64,000 nt of DNA, taken from NCBI GenBank assembly GCA_039621445.1, contig CP154954.1:40107572-40171571 (forward strand). Reading direction: 5' to 3'. The stretch comes from Euglena gracilis (Eukaryota). The notes under the pieces are model-generated. The model made no database searches and was not told the DNA's origin. It saw nothing but the letters and a program-made list of their open reading frames with translations. The position numbers and the translations under genes were made by a program. Positions 12,405-26,300 of this stretch are shown here, piece by piece (the first letter of the stretch is position 1; every line of letters begins with the position of its first letter).

Positions 12405-14651
12405 CCCACCGCCGGAGGTCACGCTGGGCTGCCTCGTGGCATAAGGGGAGCCGGAGCTGAAGGGGCAGGCGGAGGGCTTCCGGTGCGGCAGCCGGGTTGG
12501 TCCAACCGGTCAGACAACTGAGGCCGGCCCCAGGCGTCCGGAGGGCAGTTGCAGCCTCAGTCAGGCGACACTGGACGGCAACGCCGCAGTTGGGGGGGGG
12601 GGTCCGGTCCTATTTTTGGATTTTTTCTCCACTGACCCGGGCCCGGAAAAGACGTCAATTTTCAGGTTCCCAAAAACACCAAAGTTTTTCCTTTGGCGCT
12701 TCGCCCCACATGTATGTAAATTAGTGCAAGTTCAAATTTACTATTTTTTTGCACTTCAAACATCTAAAAATTTTGAATTTCAACACTTGTTGTTAATGAA
12801 ATTGGGGTTTTTGGTAATTTGCAGGAAAAGTTTCACCCTCCCCGGCGCTTTGCACTGCCGGGGGGTCTCAATTTTTTGGGGTGGGGCATTAAACCCCTCC
12901 CCCCAAACAACCTGGCGGGGTGCCAGTTATTGGAACCAACTTTTGACCCTGCCCCCCCCCTGCCAGGTTTTTTGGGCCCTTTTTTTTCAGCGTCGTAAAG
13001 GAACTTTGCCTGAAAAAGGGGAGTGCCAAGTTACTAGAAGAATATTTTTTGCCCCTCCCTCCACCAGATTATGGGGGGGGGGGGGCGGGTTTATTTGGGG
13101 GGTTGAGGGATTGTGTGTTCAAGGAAATGAAATGTGCCAAGGAAAAAGAAGTCTTTCATTGTCAATTGCTGCCAAATAAGCAATCGGCTACTTTACCAGC
13201 TGCATTTTTTTTAAATCCAAAGGATTGTCTGTCATTTTTTTGCTTGCCATTTTGTTCGCAATAGAACTGGCACTTCAATGTCTTTTGGCACATTAAAATG
13301 AAGAGAAAAGCATGCCCTCCTGCAAAACGAAGCAGCGTTCATTTGCATTTGCAGAGAGGTGCAAACTTTAATTGAACTTGACGTGTGTTTCTCAAGGAAA
13401 TGAAGGTTTTGAACATCAAAGCATAAATTGCCGAGGGCATTTAAAAAGCATGATATGAGCACCGCTGGCTATGTATTGCTGGCCACCTAAACCCTTGAAG
13501 GATACAAAACTTGTGAGCGACGAGGGGTGCTTTCGTGGGCTCAAAAGAGGTCTTTGCTCAAAGAGGTCAAAAGCGAGTCTTTGCCATCGAGCACAATTGG
13601 TTTTAATCAATTTGTTTTGCCAGGAACCTTTGACATTTCGACTGATGATTGAAATCCTGCTGAACCAACGGACGTGTTTATCAGTGTTCGGGTGGAATCT
13701 GAATTTTGAAGTGAATCACAAACAGACGGGCGATAATCATGAAGCTTGAAAATTTGGGAAGGTTTAAAACTGCCACACAAAAACATGTATTTAAAAATTG
13801 TACAAGACGGATGAGAATCGGAAATTACATGGGGAAAGAAGGTTGCGGAGCCGTATCCAGCGCTGTGGAAAGGAGTCACTCCGCTCCAGCAGGCCCGAGA
13901 CACTTTACTGTACAGACGATTCGCCCGGGGTGCGTGCTGCCAGTGGTCACGGGGAGAAGACGGGCAGCAGCAAATAAGGGGTTGTGCCACGGGAGAGGGC
14001 AGAGGGCCCGGAGAGGGTAACAGAGTGTACTGGGCCACGAGACAACTGCATGTGCAGGCAGAGCAGGGCAGGCAGAGCAGGGCAGCACAATGGAGCGGCA
14101 CAGGCCGCGAGCTGCCAAAAATGCAGAGCGCTGCGGACTTACGGAACGCTCCTGTCGATCCTGTTTGATGGGCGACGGCACTCACCTGAGGGGGTGGGGG
14201 GAGGGGGGTCAGACACAAATGCATGTGCGTGAGCAAGAGGGTGGGGGTATGGCTGGGGTGGTCAGATGATGGCGTTGGCGCCAGGGTAGTTGAAGGAAGA
14301 ACAGCGGGGAACACAGCGGGAGATGGAGACAGAAATTGAAGGGTTGGACGTTGCAGAGACGAGCTGCTTTCAGCAATTTGATTCGATCAATGCACCCCCA
14401 AAATAGCAGAGTGGGGTCCAAAAATGTACACGAGCAGGTAGCTAAAAGGGCACCCCCCTTCCACGGAGCGTACGTCCAACGATGACATCGCCCCCCCCCC
14501 CCACCGACAAACCAAGAGAGGTGAATCCCAGTGGCAAACATTCCATGTCAAACAAAGCTCTTTGACCTTTCCTCCAAACAAAGCAGATCTATTGTGTTGG
14601 ATGAGGGAAAGGCATGCAATGTACACTGCAGTTCAAACAAAGTGCCCCCCC

Positions 14652-14778
14652 CAGGGTTCGATATAAGGACAGGTGGGGGGGGGTGGTCCGGACCCCCCCC
14701 TGCGGGCCAGGAGGGGGGGGGGGTGGGGGGGACACCCCCCCACCTAAACCATATACGCCCTCCTTATATCGAACCCTG
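14652..14778. mobile_element. Short internally deleted family-B MITE
   Basis: Same 18-bp TIR as 48634-49034. Flanks GCCCCCCC / CCCCCCCC. Confidence 0.82.
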
Positions 14779-14902
14779 CCCCCCCCCCTCCGGTTGGAAG
14801 CGTCGGTCCACCAAAAAGACGCCCTCCACCGTGGGAGGGGGAGGGGGAGGGAGAGGGTTGTGGCAAGCTGAGTGCGCAGCATGGCCTACCTGCCTGCCTC
14901 CG

Positions 14903-15617
14903 CTACCCCTCAACGCTGCCTTCCGGCGCTGCCCAGGCCCAAGCCGGCCCATCCGGCGTGGTGAGGGCAGCCCCAGGGCACTGAGAGACCCCATGGCTGG
15001 GACCCATGGCCGGCGTTTGGCGTCAAAGAAGACACTTGTGATGCCCTTTAGCACAATTTCCAGCGTGCATCTTCCGTTCATCCCCTGGGGCGGCGGGGGG
15101 GGGGGGGGGCTTCTTCCCAAACTCCCCCACCCACTTTTTTTCTCTTAAAAAAAACAACAACCCCATGCACAACCCCAGAGGGGGGGGGGTCCACCCATCC
15201 ACCGTGAACTGGGAAAAAACCCAAGGGGGGTCCTTTGGAAAATCCAACACCCACTCACCACCTATCCAAACCCCACCCAAAATCGGCCAAAAGGGCATAG
15301 AAAAAATCAAGCTGGATTTTCTGCCCAGCCTTCGGCCGCAGCGGACTAACCCATGTCACCCCAACACCTGGTGGGGGGTAGCGGCCCCAACCACCCGCCC
15401 ACTCTCAAAACCCGCCAGGGGAGAGGTCAGTACACTTTGAGTGAATCTGTGTTCCCAGCATGGCTGATCCATATCAAGCACAAGCCCCAGTGCTCTGTGT
15501 GTGTTTTCGAGCACGTTCGAGGAGGCTCGAGAGCCTCCTCCTACGGAGCCAACTCCTACCGTAACCCTGCTGCTGACATTTGGCTTTGCTGTATATTTGC
15601 TGTATATAACAACCCAA

Positions 15618-15651
<34 letters not shown>

Positions 15652-15844
15652 ATGGATGGATGGATGGATGGATGGATGGATGGATGGATGGATGGATGGA
15701 TGGATGGATGGATGGATGGATGGATGGATGGATGGATGGATGGATGGATGGATGGATGGATGGATGGATGGATGGATGGATGGATGGATGGATGGATGGA
15801 TGGATGGATAGATGGATGGATGGATGGATGGATGGATAGATGTG

Positions 15845-15897
<53 letters not shown>

Positions 15898-18800
15898 TGT
15901 TGTCCATGGTTTGCTTTAGTTTGGAGCTTTGGTCGTTCCAACAGCAATATTTGAATGAAAATTTCATCGCTTATTGAGTGGAAATACATTCAAAAAAATA
16001 AAAAAAGAATTGGTTAAATCCGAACAGAAAAGTTTGTAAAAATCCATACGTAAAAATTCTTTGGCACCACATTCCCATCAGACCTCCACTTTCCTTTGAA
16101 CAAGGTTCGATGCAATGCGCAAAAAACCCCCAAAATTCAAGCAACCCCTCACTGCAAACACCTAGATCTTTTGGCCCACCCTGGAATTTGGGGGGGATTA
16201 CAGCAACCGTTCCGCCTCCAACCTTCAACCAACCTGCCGAGGCCGGGGTCCTCCCAAGTGTGAATTTCGTTGTGGGTCGTTGCTGGGTTGCTTTTGGCCG
16301 TTCAATCCGGATCGAAACTGAACGGCCCGGGGCTGGTTCTGGACTGTCACGTGCGTGTCCGTCTCCACAGCCCGGCACACGTCGGGCCACAGGGTGGCCA
16401 CCTCCACCTGAGGACCGTGAGGTGAGGAGCTTCCTGGAGGCCCACAGGAGCCTCCTGTGGCCCCCCCCCCCACAATGGGAGCAAAGCCGACACTCAACGG
16501 GTGCGGAGGGAAACACTGAACCTCAAAAACGGATACGAGGCAACGTCCCCGTCCAAAAAAAAAAGATCCCACTGGAGGTGATAGGAAGGATAATGAGTTG
16601 TCCGTTATGGAAGGTACACCATAAAAAAAGGATGAGGTGATAAAATGCGTCTGAGAATCTGTTGAAATTCAGTCAAACCACCCCAAAACTTCAAATGCTA
16701 AGTGTCCATCTTTTGGGCCCCCTCCCCGGATATGACAAAACCCACCCCAAAGAAATAACTTTCTGAATCCTAGCAAAACCCAAACATCAGCAGCACATTC
16801 AACTTGTTGCCGTTGTTCAAACCTTGATGCTGCGGGCAGAAGCGGGACTGGAGCACACCTGCGCTCCATACTCCTCCTCCAGCGTCCGCTGCACGCCACT
16901 GACAGCGAACGGCTGACCAGCCAAGCTCTCGAGGGAGTTGAGCACCACTTCAATTCGAAGCAGACCTTTGATGGGTTTGTGTACAAGGTGACTGACCAGA
17001 CTGGATGCCCTGGCGCAGGAACCTTTGTTTACGAAATCACTCAACAGACACGCACCAGCCATTGTCGTGGGGGATTTAGGCGCCGAGGACGTTTCTTCGC
17101 TCCATTTCTGCATCTTTCCTTCCTCGTGATCCTTCTTCTTTCCCTCCCCCCCACGCCATAGCTGGCGCGGGCATCTGCGCCACTTGCCGACATATCATTC
17201 GCAACTCGCCTCTTGCCAGCAAAGGCCTGCGGTAGGAATCGAGTCTGCTGCACCGCCCTGCGGTACCTGGGGGGGGGGCAGGAGGTGGGTCCGGAAACAA
17301 CCCTTCTCCATCAGGGCAAAGAGGGGCACAAGAGGGGCACAGAGGAGGCGCACTCCTCCGCGAGGGGTGACGTTGAGGCCCCTGTTGACTATTTGCAGCA
17401 CTGAGGCGCAAATTCCGGAGCCTCGCACAATACTCACCCACATCCAATCCTTCAATCATTTCCTCCAAAATTCGTCAGATCCGAACGCGCCTTGAAAATG
17501 CACGATTGCATGCGACGTCAACCAATAACCTATGCGATTCCGCACAAGCAGTGTGTATCAGCCTCACTGGCGAAAGCCAGCCCAGAAGAGCTGATAGATG
17601 GAACTTGAAATCAGGGTGGACAGGAGGGCGATTGATTTCTTGTGAATGAAGCCCCCACAGTGGACTGTGCCACACCCCAGCCCCAGGGAAACGGTGCCCC
17701 CCCCCCCCCGCAACAGCGCCCGGGGCCACACCTCCCAAACCACCGCCACAGCCTCAGCAGCAGCGGCACCGCCAGCAAGACGCCCACCACCGGCCACACC
17801 GCCTGCCGGGCCAGTCCGCCCCAGGGGACGCCGGCCCGGCTGGCTGGCGGCGGGGGCCCCTATCGCCCCACTTCTGCCCCCTGCTGCTTCCTCTGCACAA
17901 ATGCAACCAAGGTATCCCTGGGGAGCGTCATAGCCACAGCTTGGTCCACCGGGGGGCAAAGAGCAGCCGTTGCCGGGCAGGCTTCTTTCGAAACCCCTGG
18001 GAGTGGGGCTGGGAGGTGTGGGTGCCAGCCCAGTGCCAGGCACCCCCTTGTGGGGTTCCGGGTATCATCGGTCTTGGGGCCCACCCAGCTGGGGACCACC
18101 CAGAAAAATTCGTTTTAAAAATGGCCACCAGGGGTTTTCTTAAGGACCCCGGGGGGGGGGCAGCCTCCAGCTGGTAAAAAGGCTGCTGGCTGGACCCCCC
18201 AGGGGTATAGGGGGGGGGGGTCCGGGGCTGGAGGGGGCTGGGCTGGGCTGGGCTGGGCTGGGCTGGGTCGATGAAAAACAAAAATTTCTGAAAAAATATT
18301 GCCATTTTCGACATTTTGAGGGATGTTTTGGCAGAAAATCTTCAGAATTCTGTCAAATTCTTCACAAAAAAAAGTGTTGCAGTTTTGGCTGAGTTTAGGG
18401 TTGACACCTTTCTGCCTGGCACTGTATGCCAAATATATCAATTTGGCCATGCCATTGTTCAGGCCCCGGCCCCGCCGCCACCGTCTGCCTTTCCCCCTCC
18501 TCACAATAGACACAGCAGTGCTCCAGGGATGTGCCGTTGACACAGGGTGTGTACCGAAAGCGCGGTGTGCCTTGTACAAGGGGGGGGAATTCAAGGCAAC
18601 AACCCCTCACCTAACGCCAGACCCCGGACCCCAGGCATCTTCTGCCTATCGAACCTTGTACTTCCACCCCCCCCCGGCCTGCCCAGAGCACCGGGGGGCG
18701 GCCAGTTGGGTGGGGGCTTCTCAGGTCCGAAACAGCGCCGGCGTCCCCTGGCCCCCGGAGCCACGCCACCACGCACGGGAAGGGGGCGGAGAGGGGCATG

Positions 18801-21800
18801 CGCCGGAGGCGGTCGCCGGATGGACGGCAAACGCGGCATTTCAACAGTTGTTCTTTCCCCCAAAAATTGCAATGCTCCCACAAAGCCCAGGTGGGGTCGT
18901 TCCGTCCGGCCCACACATCCCGAAGACCGCTTGCCAATGGTGGACTTGGTGTGGAACAAAACCTGCACCCAATGTACGGTTTCGCTTTTGAACGTCAGGC
19001 ACTGGCATATTTTGGGGTTGCCCCCGGGGACCGAGCAGAGCAGCCAGTTGTTGTCCTCCGGGTGGGGCACTGCCACGCCGCTCCACGACACAGCCTGCTG
19101 GCGCAGCGACGTCAGCGTGAACGTCCACACCTGCGGCGGGCCAGAGAATGCCCCAGGAAACAATGAGGCCTGCCATGACTTGAACCCCACAGTGACACAT
19201 CCAAACGGTGCCACCTTTTTGCAGCTGCCCATGCTTATGCTGGGCAGGGGAAAAAATGTTTTGTGAGCAGCCATGGGGAACGATGAAGGCGTTTGAAATG
19301 GAGGCACATGGAACAGGCCGAAATTACAACCCCGGAGGGGAGGAGGGGGATCCCAGCCCAAAAATGGCCTTTTCTGGGCTTCCGGCTCCTTGGCCAAGTG
19401 CCCAGGCACTTTGGCCATGTACCCCCCCCCTTGGTTGCACTAACAGCGCTAGCTTCACTTCTGGCCCAGTTTGCTGTGTGGTGAGTGGCCAGGTGCCCCT
19501 TACACCAGTGCTCTTGTGTTGCTCCACCAGGCCGGGTGAGCAACTCTGGTCCTCATGTCCTGAGGAAAGGCAAGGGGAAGGCCTGAAGCATCAAAGGCCC
19601 CAGGAGGGGGAGAACCCAGCAAAGCCAAGCCCAGAAAGAATCAGGGCCAGCAGGCCCCCTCTGCCCAGGAAGGGCAAGCCAGACCCAAGATTGATCTGGG
19701 GAGAGAGCCCCCAGCTGAGCCAAGGGAAAAGGGTAAGTCCTCAGCTGACCGCTGCCCGGATGTCATCTCCAGACTGGCAAGGGCTTCTGGAAGGAGTGGC
19801 ATGGCCCTCACCACATTCCCCCCCAGAGCAGTGGGTGAAAGGCATCATTCAGGGGCTGGAATTCAGAGAACTGGCATGGCAGGGAGTGCCATTGTTGCGG
19901 AGATTGAGGAAATGTCTGCCATGGTGGCAGAAAAATGACACCCAGTGGGTGGTATCCCTGATTCAAAATGGGGTTCAGCCAGACCACCCCTTACCCCAGT
20001 TTCTGTCAAGACAGCAACAAAAGTCAGCTCAGGAAATCAGCCTGGCTTCAGAAATCCTGAAGGGGGTACCAAGAAAGTGGGGCAACCAAGAAATTGGAAA
20101 CTGCCACAGGGACTGTCCACTTGGTACCCTGGTTTGTGTTGTCAAAACCAGAAGGAGACCACCCCACCAGGGGGTTTTTTTAAGACTGGGGAGGAGGGCC
20201 CCTCCCACCCACCTACCCCCCTGGGCCCCCGGGGGGGGGGGGGGTCCCGGGGGGGGACCCACAAAAAATCGCGAAAAAAGCTAAAAATAGCGCCTTTTCA
20301 AAAATTTTCGGCCGAAAAAATATATCCCACCCCCCTCTGGGGGGACCCCCCCCCCCCGGGGGGCTGGGGCTCAGCCGGACCCACCCACCCTACCCCCCCC
20401 CCGGGGTCCACGACTAAAAAAAAATCCCTGTCCCCCACACAACCGACAGTGAAACCTCTTGGGTTTGCCAGTCAAGAGACACAAAATTGTCAGATGGAGA
20501 ATCAAACAGGATGCTGGTTATGGTGCCAGAAAATAAGGTCAATGCCAACAGAATAAACCAAAAGATTGCAGCGATTAAAAGCATGCAAAGTCTACCATCA
20601 GACAACCAATTAGGAACGTTGCAAGAACACATAATGACCTGTGAGCTTCAACGCAACACAAACAAATGCAAATTCGGAGTGCAAGAGCCCCCCGAGGCGC
20701 AAACGGTGGCCATCTACGTCCCCGAGGACACACCTCCTCAAACCGGTCGCCGCTCAGCCCCGTGGCCTGCCGGGCCGCCGTCTTCAGGAACTGGCTCGGC
20801 AGGGCGGCCCGGGCCAGCGGCGCCCCCCGCGCCAGCTGCCCGCACGCGTTGTCCACCAGGTGGGCCAGCACGCTGCCGCCAGGGCCGGCGGGGGGGGGGG
20901 GGTGGCCGTGCCGTCGAGGGGGACTGCTCCGAGCAGTTCGGCAGCAACGCGGGAAACGGTGGGTGTGAGTTGACCCGCCGATCCAAACGCAGAGGAGGGG
21001 ACCCTGTGCCTGCCCCGCCCGGCCCTGCCCCTCCATCGCCAGCTCACTGTCCTCCGCGAGGGCCGCGTCGGGCAGGCAGGGGAGCTTGTCTTGGAACGGC
21101 CCCAGGGCCCCGGCCACGGGGCCCGGCCCGCCCCTGGCGACGGAGGAGCCCCCACAGAAGCCGCGGCGGGCGTTGACGGCGCCGCCCGACCGACCCGGTA
21201 GTACTTGCCGGGAAGAAATGGGACCGTCAGGGGGGGCCCCACCACCCATCCCCCACGCGGCCACCGGGATCCCCATCCAGCCCTGCCCCGAGGGCCTGGG
21301 GCCAGGGGAGGGAGAGGATCCAAATGGCGTGGGTCCGGCAAATGCGTGGGACGGCCCCGCCCCGCCCCAGCCCATGTGCCGGGGAGCGGGGCTGAAGCGG
21401 AGGGAGGCCGGGCCAAAAGGGGAAAATGGGCCAAACCGTACACAGTAAACACGGGATGGTGTTGCTGTCAGAAGGGAAAAAATTCGGCATTTTCATGGGA
21501 ATGTGCGGAACCCGCACGCACAACCCTCGAACCCTCGGGGTTTTGGGATCCAGTGGGGTGGAGGGCTGGGGGGGGTGATTTTTTGTGGCGGTTTTAATGT
21601 GTTTTGAGGTAATAGTCTGTAACTAGCCCAAGGCTATTGTGTCCAAAAAATGTATTTTTTTGTCCCACTAGAGGTGTAAACCACAGATTTTGTTATAACC
21701 AAAGGAGGGGGAGGGGGGGTCCCCCCAGGCGGGGGGGGTCAGGGGGAAGAAAATCCCCCCTCGTAAGGTGTCAGGTAAGGTGGGGTGCCTTGCCTGACCA

Positions 21801-23365
21801 AGGTGTCGCTCAACAACCTCGGGGGGGGGGGGTCCAGCTCAGAAGGCTGGAAAATCTAGGCTGGCCGGAAAAAGGCTGCTGGCTGATCCCCCCATAGGGT
21901 CCCCCAGCTGGTGCTGGACCCAAATGGGGCCAAAAAAAATTGAAATTGAAGGAAAAAAAACTCCACCGCTGCTAATTATGAAAAAGAACTGGCCAGCCCT
22001 TGAACTGCCCAGCCCTTTCCCCACCCATTTCTGCCCATTTCCAGCCCATTTATTGCAGAGCAGCGGAAAATAAATATTATCGATGGGGGGGGAGGGTCCG
22101 GGGCTGGAAACAGGCTGCTGGTTGAGAAAAGGCTGCTGTTTGCTGCTGGTCGGAAAAAGGCGGGTTGTTTTTTCTACCAACAATTCTCATATGATTCAAT
22201 GCTTCAATTCATCCGACAGCAAAACGTTGTGGTATTTCAGGTTGTTTTTTTTTCTGGGCTTACCATCTCCTGATTTTTTGAAAGATGCATCAGTTTGCAT
22301 GTTGTCCTTGTGAAGGGGGGGTGGCAAAGTATTGTCTTCGGCCTTCTCCCCTGCAGAATTCTTTGGGCATGCAATGCTTCAGGGCAATGCAAAGTTATTT
22401 GGGGGGTTTTATAAACCGGGGATTTTTCAAAGCTTGGGCCCCGGGACGCGGGATATCAATGCAGTATCTATGCAGGTCTGGGGGTTCGGCCGGGCTGGGC
22501 GGGGTACAGGAAGGGGGGGGAGGCTGCTCGGGACACTGCATCGAAAACTGCTGCGTTGTCTCAAGGTTTGGGGACGGGGCTTGTTTTGAGGGTGGGAACG
22601 GTCCGGGGCCCTGGCCACCACGCAGGGGACGCAGCGGTCGCCGATGCGCTTGCTGCGCGGCTTGCACGCCAGGAGGCCGAGCTGGCACTCCCCCTCCGGG
22701 TCGCACGGGATCCGGCCGGGGCCGATCAGCAACACACCCCATTGGCGCCGGATCTGTTTCGCTCCACCCGCTCTCCAGCAACCTTGCCCATATCGTAAAA
22801 TCCCCTCTGTTGTTGGGACAGGGGAGGTGACCAGGTGGAAATAGACCAATCCGGGGGGAGGGGAGTCTCGGTGCCTGCCTGGTCGTGGGCCAAAAAGTGC
22901 CCCAAAAAAAACTCTGGGCTTCCGGCGCTGTAGGCGCCGGAAGTGCCTTGGCCAAGTGCCCAGGCACTCTTGGCCATGTGCCCCTGCCCCCCCCACAGGG
23001 GGGGTCAGATCTGGGTGCCTTGGAGTGCCTGCCCAGGCACCCCCCCCCCCCCCCCCCCGGGGGGGGGCGGGCCCACCACGGGGCTTTTGGGAAAAATTCA
23101 GCCTGGAGGTGACAACTGTTCCAGTTTGTTTGGTGCAAGGTAGCGTTGCGCCTGATTTCTCATCACTTACTGACCCCCGGTCCACTTTCAAAAACTCAGC
23201 CGGACACCGTTTGAGAACAAACCATTCACTAGTGACCCACACCGCTGAGAAGTCGGCCACCTCAAAATGGTCAAATCCATCGGGGTGGGAAATGAGCATC
23301 CATACATATCAAGATCTATCTCTGTATCTCTATCTATATCTACATCCATATCCATATCCATATCC

Positions 23366-23399
<34 letters not shown>

Positions 23400-26300
23400 C
23401 TACATCTACATCTGCATCTATATCTATATGTTGCTCTTTTTAAAAAAAATCATTCACCCTTTGGCAAAAGGTTGGGGGCTGCTTTGGGCGGGGCCTGGCC
23501 GACTACAACATGTATCATCATGGACTCACTCAGGGGGGGGGGGGCAGCCAGTCAAAATGGTTGCCTGGGCGGGTCGGGCCCCGGGCACAGCCACCCTCCG
23601 GGGCTGCCCCGGAGCTGCAATAGCGGGGACGGCCCCACCACCAGCCCACGAGGAGGAGGACGAGGCCCAAGGCAGCAGCCCGCCGCCAGGGGAAGCCCCT
23701 TTGAAGGGGGGGGGGGGCGAACACACGCGCTCTTTTTTTGCGGTTTTTTTTGCACTTTTCGTCATGTATAAAACAAAAAATTTAGCGGGTTCTTATGAAT
23801 TTTTGCGGGTTTTTTTTTGTGATTTTTTTGGCGATTTTGCTGGAATTTTTTTATTCTGAAAAACTCCTCATCTTTTGGCTCCAATTTCCCCCCGAGACCA
23901 AAATTCTTGTCATTTTTTTTGTGAATGCTTTTGCATTTTTGGGTCAGAAAGTTGCATATTATTTTGTACAATGAAAACTCCTCCAATGCAGAGGTAAAAA
24001 ATTATCTCCGTCTTCTCCAGCAGACAATGTGCATCCTGGGGGACCTCCTACGGGATTTAACTTGCAACTTGCGTGTTTTTTTTTGCATTTTTGTGTGTTT
24101 TTTTTGTGTCGTGCTTTTCGAGGGTCACTGTTGCATATCCCCCCCGCTTCAAACTACCGGATGTGTGGGAATGGGTGTAAACAGTCACCAGGTATATGTG
24201 TGGATGTGATCAGGTTGTCGGTTTGTCATAATTTGCGGCAAGTGTTTATTCTACCCGAATTAGCAGAATGATGGTAATTTTTAGGTGAAAAGGGGGGGTT
24301 GGGGGCATGATTTTTGTGGCGAAATGTCTCGATGCCCGAAAATTAGCTGTGGCAAAACTGGCAGCCAGTCCCCGGGACAAGGTTTTCTGGGCTTCCCACC
24401 CTCAAGAATATCTGTCAACCCCATCATGGTCTGCTCAGCGGAATGATGGCAAGTTTTAGGAGAAACGAGGGCTTTGGGTTTCTTTGCTTGTAGAATCCCC
24501 CGTGGGATGCTTGATTTGGCGCCCAGAATGAACCCCATATTTGAGGCGCAAAAAACATAGCCCCCCATCAAAATACAAATGCACGGTGTTGATGAGAATC
24601 CATAAAAACGTTGCTTGACATTGATTTTTCATCACCTGCAAATTGGGGCATATTTAAATGTACTCGAAAAACTTTACATGTGGTGCAATCAGGGTTTGAT
24701 GTAAGGACAGGTGGGGGGGGCGGTCCGGACCCCCCTCCTGCGGGCCAGGGGGGGGGGGGGGGGCTGGGGGGGACACCCCCCCCACCTAAACAGTGGCGCG
24801 GTCCGGGTGACCGAAATTTTTTGACCCCCCAAAACGACCAAAAGTGCAATTTTGGGCACTTTTGGGCAAAAATTTGCCAAAAATGCAAAAAAAAATCGAC
24901 GCGAAGCGCCGGAGGAAAAAATTGACCCTGTTGGGGGGGTCCCGGGTACCCCCCCCAGGGACCCCCCCCTGCGGGCCAGGAGGGGGGGGGTGGGGGGACA
25001 CCCCCCACCTAAACCCCGTACGCCCTCCTCATATCAAACCCTGGGTGCAATACTTAGAAAAAACGCAGCCTTTTTCCAATTTTCCAGCCTTTCCCCTGAG
25101 GCACGACTGAACTAAAATTGGCCAAACATGAGGACAAAAGCCTGACCCAGGCCCTATCCATGACGACGGCCCATCCTTTTCTCACTCAGTATCCCGAAAA
25201 AAACATAAATCTGGCAAGTCAGGGATTTTTGGTATACCCGCCCAGACTCGGGTGCCGATTTGTGTTTTGTACTTTCCGGGCCCAAGGTGGCTAATCCCCC
25301 ATCTTAATAGTGGTCCCAAACCTCTGGGGCACTAATGTCAGGCGTCCAATCAGGTTTGTTCAAAATTTCATTTAGGGGTGGGAATATTCAGCGTTACTAC
25401 ACTCAGGAGGGCCTGAAATGGCCATTTCGAGGGGGAGATCAGCAGAGTTGGCCTCGGCCGAAACCAAAGCCGACCCCCCCCCTGTTTTGCTTGCTATGGA
25501 CAGGCAACCCATTGCACAAGCCACCCCCAAAGGGTTCAAAAGAATCTTGGTCCAGACCCCCACCACCTAAACAGACCACAATGACCCATTTTTCAGCCGA
25601 ACAATGTTGACCCCCAAGATTGCCAATTATACAATTTGAGCACCTTTGATGGGATGTTCTTAAATTTGCAAAACTGCCAGCAATTTTTTGGGGTCCAGGT
25701 ACCCCCCCAGGTGAAAGAATAACTCTGGAACTTCCAGCGACTTTGTACTGACAATTACCAAGAAAAAATTCAGCATGACAAATTCAAGCCATTTTTGGCA
25801 TCCTATCATTTTGTATGTGCCTGAGATGCCTTGCTGATGCAGTGTTCGAGGACGTATCTGTGGCCAAACAAATATGATCATCCACACCAGCAGCCAGGAA
25901 CGAATGGTCCATGAACAGCTGCGCTTTACGGCCTTACCGTTTGCTATGAAACTTTCATTTAAGGCAATCAGGGTTTTCAGGAATTTCGGGAAATTTTTTC
26001 TTCCAGTTTATTTAGGCTCGTTTGGGACCTAAATACCTGCCCCCCCCCCTGCCGGCTCCAGTTCCTTTATTTGAAATAAAATCAGCACTGAGGCCCTGTA
26101 ATGACCACACATGCACACCACCAGGGCTTTGTCTGCTCCTGAAAAAAAAGAACCAACAACGAAATCTTTCCTTCCAATAATGCATCTATGCAGGGTGATA
26201 ATCTCACTCTCTGATTTTCACCCCCCCCCCGCACACTTTCTTTTTTGCCACGGCTTCCTCAAACCAGAGTGCAAAGGAGAGGTTCCAAACAAAGTCACCA

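Noticed and set aside
13840-14190. Exon-like segments between the first two genes
   Set aside because: I could not build a consistent multi-exon frame or recognise any motif.
15353-15989. ORFs with DGWM/HPSI repeats
   Set aside because: They come from a (GATG)n microsatellite inside an intron.
20873-21047. Conventional GTGAGC...GGCAG intron in the Src1-like gene
   Set aside because: The phases mismatch (1 to 2) and would frameshift. The stem-defined 20875-21030 intron keeps the frame.
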